A DNA stretch of 24,000 nucleotides from Candidatus Borrarchaeum weybense (GTDB lineage: Archaea > Asgardarchaeota > Sifarchaeia > Borrarchaeales > Borrarchaeaceae): NCBI GenBank assembly GCA_019057385.1, contig JAHQJS010000004.1, forward strand, positions 340,535 to 364,534, read 5' to 3'. Below are positions 8,107 through 15,070 of the stretch, one piece after another. Numbering within the stretch: the first letter of the stretch is position 1; each line of letters starts with the position of its first letter. The notes under the pieces were generated by a model, which worked only from the letters and a program-made list of their open reading frames with translations, was not told where the DNA came from and did no database searches. A program made the position numbers and the translations under genes.

Positions 8107-8673
8107 TTGGTTATCAGAATAAAAACTACATATTATCCATCTCTTAATGTTCAACAAATTAACTTTGTCCAAACAATCCTTATAAGATGGTGGAAAGAGG
8201 AAATAAGTGCAAAAGGAAAAAGAGACTTTTTCTGGAGGAAATGGATACTTGATCCTAAGATGACTACCGTCATTTTGGAGGATTTTTCGTTTCCTCGTGA
8301 TTTTGGTATATTTTGTACTGAAACAGCCCTGCGAAAAACACGCGCTGAAACTGTAGAAATTCATTTTAGACCATTTTTCAGGAGGTTTCATAGTTTTCAA
8401 GAAGTTAAAGCTGCAGATACAAAAGAATTAAGAAAAGTCCTATACCCCCTAGGTCGTGTCTCCCAGAATGTACGAGACCTTAAACAACGGGCTACAATAA
8501 TAATAAACGAATTTAATTCGGAAGTCCCATGTACTAAAGAATACATAAGACGTCTAATGAAAACCTATACACGAAAAATCTTACTGGAACACAGTTTCGA
8601 ACATGGAGATGCAATAAACAGTACTTTGGTGCCTTTGCCACAATTCCTCCATCAGCTAATTCTAAGAGATTAA
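8107..8673 (+). pseudogene. Decayed or truncated HhH-GPD (MutY/Nth-family) DNA glycosylase gene
   Basis: The translation is colinear with MutY/EndoIII N-terminal halves: 'ILIRWWKEE..KGKRDFFWRKW.LDP' (cf. 'LL.WY...gR.LPWR...DPY'), 'TETALRKTRAETV' (cf. 'SEIMLQQTRAETV'), and 'FFRRFHSFQEVKAADTKELRKVLYPLGR...RDLKQRATIIINEFNSEVPCTKEYIRRL'. However, the helix-hairpin-helix GxG ('LPGVGxxTA') is replaced by 'LMKTYTRKI', and the ORF stops at 188 aa. Confidence 0.4.
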
Positions 8674-8747
8674 GAGGATACAACATTTAAACCTTTGTGT
8701 GAGACCTTTTTCGTCTACCGCAAGTCAATGACCTCATTATAAAATAG

Positions 8748-8873
8748 TTATACTAGAAAAAGAAGAATTAATTGTAGTTCCCAGAGAACATCATCAATTT
8801 GATCTTCGCTTAAAGTCTTAGTGGATACCTTGTCAGCGAATCCTGTGAGACTCTTTTTTAACTTTTCAAACAT
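8748..8873 (-). pseudogene. ftsY: 5' remnant of ftsY (SRP receptor), 41 codons then stops in all frames
   Basis: Hand translation of the minus strand from the ATG at 8873 gives 'MFEKLKKSLTGFADKVSTKTLSEDQIDDVLWELQLILLFLV*'. This matches the conserved archaeal FtsY N-terminus ('MFxKLKxxLxxF...L.eLe..LLesDV') and breaks exactly where 'ESDV' is expected. It sits directly downstream of pfdA, where ftsY lies in the conserved archaeal cluster. Confidence 0.55.
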
Positions 8874-8935
8874 CTTAATTTCTCTCTATGAAGGTCACTT
8901 AAACAGTAATTGTTCAGAAAAAAGTAATATTGATG

Positions 8936-9361
8936 CTATTTTTGTTGCATCTTATTGTAAGTTTCTTGTACAGTAGCCCGAAGTTCTTCTATTCTCTGGA
9001 GAGTGGTTCCCAACTGGTTTTGGAGTGTTGTGGAAATTCCTCGTAGTTCTTGTAATCGTTCAGCAAGTTTTTCTTGAGCGTTCTCTATACTCGTTTCAAT
9101 AACTACATCACTACCTATCCCTAGAATAACCTTTTGTACGTTTGCAAGTGTTGCAAAAACAAATGAATTCGATCCAATAGGTAAAAGGACCTCTTGACCT
9201 TCTTCTGCTTTAGTGATTCCATCAAGTGTGACACCTGTAATTGTAATCTGATTAATTTGAGCTTCAACAGCTTCGACATTAGTTCTTAATACATCTGCAT
9301 TAGCTTGTTGATGATTGAGTTCGTGAACCATCTGTTCAATCTTTTTTTGTTCTTCAGCCAT
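8936..9361 (-). CDS. pfdA: Prefoldin alpha subunit, 141 aa
   Basis: Coiled-coil ends flank two beta hairpins, 'EVLLPIGSNSFVFATL...KVILGIGSDVVIETSIENAQEKL'. Size and position (after LX) are typical. Confidence 0.85.
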   Translation of the reverse strand: MAEEQKKIEQMVHELNHQQANADVLRTNVEAVEAQINQITITGVTLDGITKAEEGQEVLLPIGSNSFVFATLANVQKVILGIGSDVVIETSIENAQEKLAERLQELRGISTTLQNQLGTTLQRIEELRATVQETYNKMQQK

Positions 9362-9387
9362 TCTTTATGCCTCCCTTGGCAAATTAT

Positions 9388-9624
9388 TTATATTCGTGAT
9401 AATTCAGAAGTAAGGCTCTTCAGTACAGGATCGGTAATATCTTCATCTTGAATTTGTGAAATTTCAGTTATTTTTATGAATTTTCTTGGAACTTTGTGTT
9501 TACTCCCTATAAGGGATAAAACGTTTTCAATTGCATGGGTTTCTTTTAGGGCTTTGATCTCTTTGGCGAATGGGATCTTTTTACTCTTTGCTCTATAGAC
9601 GCCCTTAATCCGAAATACTGACAA
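9388..9624 (-). CDS. rplX: Ribosomal protein LX (L18Ae/eL20 family)
   Basis: 'SVFRIKGVYRAKSKKIPFAKEIKALKETHAIENVLSLIGSKHKVPRKFIKITEISQI' matches the LX pattern. The ORF track extends to 9672. A TTG at 9624 preceded by GAGGTG at 6-nt spacing gives the canonical 'MSVFRIKG' N-terminus, so I prefer the shorter model. Confidence 0.8.
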   Translation of the reverse strand: MSVFRIKGVYRAKSKKIPFAKEIKALKETHAIENVLSLIGSKHKVPRKFIKITEISQIQDEDITDPVLKSLTSELSRI

Positions 9625-9870
9625 TAAAAACACCTCTATTTTCAGTGAAACCTTTTGTGCACATCTTAACATATTATCTTTTAACCTTTTACATTTGGGT
9701 TGAGAATTTTTGCTTTGTAAAAAAACTCTTGCTGTGAAAATTGGTTTTTAAATTGCACAATGAAAAGCTTAATAATTTTTATCCTAGCAAGGTCATTCAT
9801 CTTGCAAAGACTTCGTTCTGAGTGATATTTATCTGGCGAGAGTCCTTTCTGAGAGTAAAATGGATTAACA

Positions 9871-10551
9871 GTGTACCTGGTGAACTGTGTGGTTATTGTT
9901 CAGAATAACTTTAATGGAATCGCCTCAGTCGGCATAATCTCACTGGCTACTGATAGTTATGTATTGGTTCCAAGAAACCTTCCAAAAAGAGTAGTCAATA
10001 AGCTACATGAGGTATTTGCTGCGCCAATTATCAAAACTTCAATTTATCAATCGCATCTAATTGGAATATTAGCCGCTGGTAATAAATTTGGTCTATTAAC
10101 TCATTTTCTTTCTGATGATGATGAGATTGAATATCTTAAGAAGGAAATTGGTATCCCTGTTGAAAGAATGAAAAGTAAACTAACTGTCGGAAATTGCATT
10201 CTTGCTAATGACAAAGGCGCAATTGCTGCGGATGAATTTGGTAAAGAAGACATTAAGCAAATCACTGATATTCTCAATGTAGAAGTTTTGCAAGGAAAGA
10301 TCGTCAATTCATCTTTAATCGGATCACTTGGAGCAGCAAGTAATGAAGGCGCTATGGTGCACCCATTAGCTACCGAAAAGGAATTAGAATGGATTAGCGA
10401 AGGCTTGAAAGTACATTCTGATATTGGGACCGTTAACAGAGGTGTTCCATATGTCTCAACAGGAATCTTAGTTAATTCACAGGGGTGCGTTACAGGCGAA
10501 GAGACTACAGGTCCTGAATTAGTAAGAATCTCACAAACATTCGCACTTTAA
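9871..10551 (+). CDS. eif6: Translation initiation factor 6 (aIF6/eIF6)
   Basis: 'NFNGIASVGIISLATDSYVLVP', the five-fold pseudo-repeat and 'GTVNRGVPYVSTGILVNSQGCVTGEETTGPEL' are typical eIF6. The start is ambiguous, with GTG at 9871, 9880 or 9889. Confidence 0.9.
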   Translation: MYLVNCVVIVQNNFNGIASVGIISLATDSYVLVPRNLPKRVVNKLHEVFAAPIIKTSIYQSHLIGILAAGNKFGLLTHFLSDDDEIEYLKKEIGIPVERMKSKLTVGNCILANDKGAIAADEFGKEDIKQITDILNVEVLQGKIVNSSLIGSLGAASNEGAMVHPLATEKELEWISEGLKVHSDIGTVNRGVPYVSTGILVNSQGCVTGEETTGPELVRISQTFAL

Positions 10552-10589
10552 ACTCTTATTTATTATTGAGTATATAGTAATTACATTAA

Positions 10590-10607
10590 TTTTTGAAAAA
10601 ACAAAAA
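10590..10607. terminator. Bidirectional oligo-T region between the convergent aIF6 and L31e genes
   Basis: A plus-strand T5 (10590-10594) is immediately followed by A6-C-A5 (10596-10607), which reads TTTTTGTTTTTT on the minus strand. Confidence 0.4.
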
Positions 10608-10633
10608 GAGAAATATCTATTGAAATAAAATGT

Positions 10634-10921
10634 TCATTTTGCTAAGTAAACTTCACATATCCCTTCGGTGTCCTTCACTGCCCTAACTCTTATTTTTCTC
10701 GGAGGTTTTTCGATACCTCGCTTCCAAAGTTCTTCATTGAGTTCTGGATCAATTCGAATGTCAATAGGATTTACTTTCATATGACGTTCTATGTAGTGTT
10801 TCAGAATCTTTATCGCACGAACTGTGCGTTTATGCCGTGGGGCGTGCTTTACGTCACGAAATGGAATAGTATATAACTCTTCTTTTTCAATTTCTTCATC
10901 TAATATTTCTTCATCTGACAT
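10634..10921 (-). CDS. rpl31e: Ribosomal protein L31e (eL31)
   Basis: 'YTIPFRDVKHAPRHKRTVRAIKILKHYIERHMK...NEELWKRGIEKPPRKIRVRAVK' is the L31e signature. Confidence 0.9.
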   Translation of the reverse strand: MSDEEILDEEIEKEELYTIPFRDVKHAPRHKRTVRAIKILKHYIERHMKVNPIDIRIDPELNEELWKRGIEKPPRKIRVRAVKDTEGICEVYLAK

Positions 10922-10942
10922 TTCGTTTACGCATCCTTTCTA

Positions 10943-11098
10943 CTATTTCTTTAAGCGTGTACGTCGCCAATGCCTACTTTTAGGATGTGTACGCACTCTT
11001 CTTCGAGTTCTAACAACTATCCATGCAGGAACGCTTCTTGATTGCTTCAGTGCTTTTCCTAGTCGCAATTTTTTTCCTAAAGGTTTATATCGTGCCAA
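10943..11098 (-). CDS. rpl39e: Ribosomal protein L39e (eL39), 51 aa; absent from the supplied ORF track
   Basis: Hand translation of the minus strand from the TTG at 11098 gives '(M)[50 protein letters not shown]', with TAG at 10943-10945. An AGGAG motif lies upstream. An in-frame TTG six nt earlier is an alternative start. Confidence 0.85.
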   Translation of the reverse strand: MARYKPLGKKLRLGKALKQSRSVPAWIVVRTRRRVRTHPKSRHWRRTRLKK

Positions 11099-11111
11099 TG
11101 ACAAGAATCTC

Positions 11112-11456
11112 CTATTTTCGTGTGATTTTAATATCTCTTTGTTTATCAGTCAATCTTCGTAAAATGGTTTTTAATTGGTCATCAGTTAATACATTGCCAA
11201 GTCGTCCAGCTTGTGCAAGTTGAATTAATTGAAGTTCAACCGCTTCAGCCAATTCGGGTTTTACAATTTTTATTCGATTCAATCGTTCTCTTGCTTCAGG
11301 AGTCAATATCTGTCGGAGTATTGCTTGTTTCTGGGCTTCTAGTTCCTGTTGCATTTGTGCTTGTCGTTCTTGTTCTCCTTGTTGCTGTTGTAACTCAAGC
11401 ATACGTCTTTTCTTTAATTCTTCAAGTTCTTCATCCGACAAGGTTTTTCCCTCCAA
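11112..11456 (-). CDS. PDCD5/TFAR19-like DNA-binding protein
   Basis: '[37 protein letters not shown]...[10 protein letters not shown]' plus a Q/E-rich N-terminus. Its position between S19e and L39e is conserved. Confidence 0.8.
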   Translation of the reverse strand: MEGKTLSDEELEELKKRRMLELQQQQGEQERQAQMQQELEAQKQAILRQILTPEARERLNRIKIVKPELAEAVELQLIQLAQAGRLGNVLTDDQLKTILRRLTDKQRDIKITRK

Positions 11457-11471
11457 GTTAAAAAATCATTC

Positions 11472-11903
11472 TTACTTTTTTAATTGCTTTAAAATCTTGT
11501 TAGCAGCACGATCCATAAAAGAACGACCTTTAGCCGATAATGTTCGGCCAGAAGTATCATTTGGCTTCTCAATAAAACCTAACGCCTCTAATTGTTGTAA
11601 ACCTAATCTAATTATCTTCCCAGCGCCTTTTCTAAAATGCTCTCTTCTATTGCCTTTGCGTAGTCTTCCTCCATACTTTATTCGAAGACGATTGACTCCA
11701 ATTGGGCCATTAATATATACTTTACGTAGCAGGCTAGCTAGCCTGACATACCACCAATTAGGATTGGTCGGTGCCTTCTCCCGAAAGACGCCAGTTTTAA
11801 CAAAGGACGCCCATGCTGGAGGTTTAAGCTCATCTATGTTCTTAAGTTCACTCGCAACTTCTTTATTTAGTATAGCCGCTGGCACTTCATAAATGGTAAC
11901 CAT
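11472..11903 (-). CDS. rps19e: Ribosomal protein S19e (eS19)
   Basis: 'PAWASFVKTGVFREKAPTNPNWWYVRLASLLRKVYINGPIGVNRLRIKYGG' is typical S19e. The ATG at 11903 is preceded by GGTGAG at 7-nt spacing. The ORF track's GTG at 11915 adds 4 residues. Confidence 0.9.
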   Translation of the reverse strand: MVTIYEVPAAILNKEVASELKNIDELKPPAWASFVKTGVFREKAPTNPNWWYVRLASLLRKVYINGPIGVNRLRIKYGGRLRKGNRREHFRKGAGKIIRLGLQQLEALGFIEKPNDTSGRTLSAKGRSFMDRAANKILKQLKK

Positions 11904-11939
11904 GAAACATCTCACCGATACGAGATTTTGTTCCTCTAT

Positions 11940-11977
11940 TCTAGTATTTTCGATACTAGACTTAATTCATTTATAAA
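11940..11977 (-). promoter_or_regulatory. Palindromic TATA-like TTTATAAA (11970-11977) and a perfect 8-bp hairpin/palindrome (11940-11960) upstream of the S19e operon
   Basis: TCTAGTAT-tttcg-ATACTAGA lies between the TATA-like box and the S19e start. Confidence 0.35.
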
Positions 11978-12194
11978 CATTTGCCAGTTGTCAATTTGAG
12001 CCTTATTTTTTCCCTTTATCTCTAAAGAGAAGAAAAAGGAAACCAATATCATCTTTCTTAAATTCCCAATTTAAATAAACTATCCTTTTCGTTATACAAC
12101 AAGACCAAGACTGTAAATAAAATTGCGAGATTTTTGCGAAAAATAAGAATTGATTCTTTAATATCTGTATAGACTATTTATTTTGCTTAGAATC

Positions 12195-12220
12195 AAAAAT
12201 TCAAAAAAAGGATAAAAAAA
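12195..12220 (-). terminator. Oligo-T tracts downstream of the SPFH gene
   Basis: The minus strand reads TTTTTTTATCCTTTTTTTGAATTTTT, 68-93 nt after the stop at 12288. Confidence 0.35.
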
Positions 12221-12287
12221 GTGAAAGATTTGATATTTTGAGATTTCTTATAAAGGTTGTTCTTTTATGGGGTTGGAACACTATTAT

Positions 12288-13859
12288 TTAACCTAACTGT
12301 GCTTTGAGCTCTGCAATCTCCTTCTTCAGGCGTGCAACTAAATCTGAGTGCTTCTCCTCGGAGATTTTTCCATCAAGGAGCAGATCATCTGCTTTTTCTA
12401 TTCTTTCTTGACGCTCTTTTATCTCATTTTTAATTTTACCTGTATCAGTAGACGTGGTTGGAATCGTTGATGGCCCTGCGACTGGAACAACACCAGCTCC
12501 GGTGACTATTGTTGGGGATGCATCAATTGAGACACCTTTCTTACCTAGTTCACGATATCCTTCAGCTTTTACAAGATCCTCAACACTTATGCCCGCTTCT
12601 TTGGCTCGTAAATACAACTCTGCGTCAATACCTTTCATTGTAGCGTACTTTTCAGCTTCTATTCGTGCAAGTGCTTCATCTTCAGCAGTTGATGAGAGTG
12701 CTTCATATTTTGCTTTCATAGCTTCTAATTCTGCTAGTTTTAACTCCTTTTCTTTTTCAAGCATCGCAAGTTCTGTTTCGGAACTTATCATTTTCGCCTT
12801 GGCAGTTTTTTGTATAACTAATTCTTCGTATTCTTCAGCTCCAGCGATGGTTGCTATTTCAAGTCGCGCTAACTGGACTCCCCAATCGCCAAATGTATTC
12901 TCAGCGATTACTTTTGCTTTAGTGGAAATACCTTCGCGATTTGAAAACACATCTTCTAATGGATAGGTGGATAATGTTTGCGTTACGATTCCTCTCATGG
13001 AGTCTTTTGCCCAGTTATCAAATTCATCAGGCGCTAATTTCTCCTTACCACCAATAAAGTTTTGAACGAGGCGTTTAGGGTCACTAATTTTGATGTACGC
13101 CGTGCCTGAGGCTCCGATCTTTATCTTATCTTGTGTATAGATACGTTTAGGAACTCCCCAGGGAATTTTATATTCACGTGTATTTACCCATACGACTTCA
13201 GTGCCAACTAGTGCACTGTAGAGTTTTCGTACATCCATTCCGCTGAAGATTTTGTGAAGTAGTCCTTTAGAATCCTCTTTTCTCCACGCTTTGTCCATTT
13301 TCCCTGAAGCTTCTAATTCTTGCGCACGTTCTCTCGCTTTTTCTTCAATTTTTCTCTCTTCTTCTGGTATTAAATCATATACCCCTGCGCTTAATTCTCC
13401 TATCAAAGCTCCCTGTTTATAGAACAATGCTTTTTCATACGATCGTACAACAAATCCTCGAATGGGTTCCTGAAGTCTCGCATCATATCCACACTTCTTG
13501 CAGAAAGGCTGACCTGCTTTAATTGTAGAAACTCGTTCGGTAGGTATATCTGCACCACATTTTCTACAGAATTGTTGTCCTTTATTTGCAAGTGTTCCAC
13601 ATTTTGGACATTTCCTTGCTTCTGCTAGTTTTCTACATCCCGGACAGTGCATATCATAAATTGGCGGAGCATTCATAATATCTTCATATGTAAGTCGATG
13701 TATTATTCCAGGATATACTTGGTGGTTCCAAATGTAGGTATATCGATCTCTACCCCATTCTTTTTCAATTACCTCATCAGCGTCTAATCCTTTGTCTGCT
13801 ACTCTTTTAACATCCTTGTCCACTTTTCTGGTTCTAAACCATTCTTTAATCGACGACAT
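12288..13859 (-). CDS. Double Zn-ribbon, SPFH (Band_7_1-type) and coiled-coil protein, 523 aa
   Basis: Four CxxC pairs at aa 72-123 (nt 13491-13646): 'CPGC..CPKC..CRKC..CKKC'. The SPFH-like core is 'VVWVNTREYKIPWGVPKRIYTQDKIKIGASGTAYIKISDPKRLVQNFIG...GVQLARLEI', as in the Zn-ribbon-containing stomatin/prohibitin-like family. The C-terminal ~170 aa are E/K/A-rich heptad coiled coil. A GGAGAGGATGGAGAG SD precedes the ATG, 17 nt after the upstream stop. Confidence 0.7.
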   Translation of the reverse strand: MSSIKEWFRTRKVDKDVKRVADKGLDADEVIEKEWGRDRYTYIWNHQVYPGIIHRLTYEDIMNAPPIYDMHCPGCRKLAEARKCPKCGTLANKGQQFCRKCGADIPTERVSTIKAGQPFCKKCGYDARLQEPIRGFVVRSYEKALFYKQGALIGELSAGVYDLIPEEERKIEEKARERAQELEASGKMDKAWRKEDSKGLLHKIFSGMDVRKLYSALVGTEVVWVNTREYKIPWGVPKRIYTQDKIKIGASGTAYIKISDPKRLVQNFIGGKEKLAPDEFDNWAKDSMRGIVTQTLSTYPLEDVFSNREGISTKAKVIAENTFGDWGVQLARLEIATIAGAEEYEELVIQKTAKAKMISSETELAMLEKEKELKLAELEAMKAKYEALSSTAEDEALARIEAEKYATMKGIDAELYLRAKEAGISVEDLVKAEGYRELGKKGVSIDASPTIVTGAGVVPVAGPSTIPTTSTDTGKIKNEIKERQERIEKADDLLLDGKISEEKHSDLVARLKKEIAELKAQLG

Positions 13860-13876
13860 TTCTCTCCATCCTCTCC

Positions 13877-15037
13877 TTATCCTTTATATAGGCTTGGTAC
13901 ATACCAAGCAGTGCCTCCCGCATAACTAGAATCACGTCGGGTAACTCCTTCTTGCTCAAGTGTTTGTAAAGCTCGCATTACACGTTCATTGTCCCATTGT
14001 GTTTTTACCAACAAATCTTCAAGGGAAATATATCCATTTGAGGTTGCAGCAAGCTCAAGTACTGTTCGTGAATCTTCTGTCATGCCAACTGGCACAAATT
14101 CGATTAGTTTTAAGCCTGAAGGTAATACATGTATATCAGCTATCATTCCTGATTTATCTAATTTCTTAACTGCTTTTTCGACATCATTTACATTGAATTC
14201 TATGTCTAATCTACGTTCACGCATTTTCATGTAGAGATCTGCGAGCGAACAGATGCCTCCTGTTTCATTTTTGATCATATCTTTGAGTTTAAGAATTTCT
14301 TCTCCAAGTTTCTCATAGTAGTCGCCTTTGCCAAAAAGTCGTGGTTTTTTCGCTTTTTCGTCTTCCATTGCTTTTCTAACATCACTGACTTTATCCTTTT
14401 CTCGATGTCTCATTTGCCATAGTTTTTCGTCAAGAATTTCTTCTATATTTTTGTATACACCATGCCATCTACCAGGTATTGCTTGGTAAATGTGATCTGC
14501 TGGGGTCACACCTAACAATAAATCATTCCTCTTTTTGAAAAGACTCACTACATCATCCATATCACTCTTTATTTCTCTTAGAGCTTTCTTAGCGTCTTCA
14601 GCATTACCATCTTCTACCTTAGGAAGTAAAGTTTCTCGTAATATTTCAGCCATTGCATCCACTTCAAATAACGTAAGCATATCTATCCCAACAAGGTTTT
14701 TGAACGTATCTGATTCTAACGTAACATCAAACTTTGTTGGCCCTTCAGCAATTTTGCTTTGTTTTTGGAGTTTTTCAAATTCGAAAATGGGAGCCATCAA
14801 CTCAACGTCTTGTTGAAATCTGTTCAATTTCTTCCTTAATCTTTCGCCTAACTTTAATACATCATCGTTACCTATGTCAACCGAAGCTTTCTGGATCTCT
14901 CCTAATAACTCATCTGAGTTTGTTAGACTATTTAACATCTTTTCTTTTAAGACACGATCATAATTTTCTCGCATCTCTTTCCTCCAACCAGGCTTAATCC
15001 ATTTGAAATAATTCTTAATTTTTCTAAGCCTTTCCAT
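13877..15037 (-). CDS. ESCRT-II Vps22/SNF8 (EAP30-domain) homologue with a long N-terminal helical extension, 386 aa
   Basis: aa 238-386 are colinear with human SNF8. 'GDYYEKLGEEIL' matches 'GDFYYELGVQII'. 'TGGICSLADL' matches 'NGGLITLEEL'. 'VEKAVKKLDKSG..IHVLPSGLKLIEFVP' matches 'LIRAIKKLKALGTGFGIIPVGGTYLIQSVP'. 'SNGYISLEDLLVKTQWDNERVMRALQTLEQEGV...WYVPSLY' matches 'KNGYVTVSEIKASLKWETERARQVLEHLLKEGL...YWLPALF'. An AGGAGTG SD precedes the ATG. Confidence 0.85.
   Translation of the reverse strand: MERLRKIKNYFKWIKPGWRKEMRENYDRVLKEKMLNSLTNSDELLGEIQKASVDIGNDDVLKLGERLRKKLNRFQQDVELMAPIFEFEKLQKQSKIAEGPTKFDVTLESDTFKNLVGIDMLTLFEVDAMAEILRETLLPKVEDGNAEDAKKALREIKSDMDDVVSLFKKRNDLLLGVTPADHIYQAIPGRWHGVYKNIEEILDEKLWQMRHREKDKVSDVRKAMEDEKAKKPRLFGKGDYYEKLGEEILKLKDMIKNETGGICSLADLYMKMRERRLDIEFNVNDVEKAVKKLDKSGMIADIHVLPSGLKLIEFVPVGMTEDSRTVLELAATSNGYISLEDLLVKTQWDNERVMRALQTLEQEGVTRRDSSYAGGTAWYVPSLYKG
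13880..14326 (-). other. Tandem winged-helix EAP30 core of the Vps22-like protein
   Basis: This is the region of colinearity with SNF8 described above (aa 238-386). Confidence 0.8.
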
Positions 15038-15070
15038 GGGTCACACTCCTTTTTTTCATTTTTTTTCTAT

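Noticed and set aside
7978-8400. 140-aa minus-strand ORF
   Set aside because: It has a low-complexity, F/K/S-rich translation in very AT-rich DNA. It overlaps the HhH-GPD-like frame, which at least shows family colinearity. No SD is present.
9625-9672. 16-codon N-terminal extension of the LX gene in the ORF track
   Set aside because: The extension ('MLRCAQKVSLKIEVFL') is not part of the LX family N-terminus. An internal TTG with a well-spaced GAGGTG gives the canonical start.
12454-12966. 170-aa plus-strand ORF, S/A-rich
   Set aside because: It is the antisense shadow of the E/K/A-rich coiled-coil part of the SPFH gene. Its composition is the expected complement artefact.
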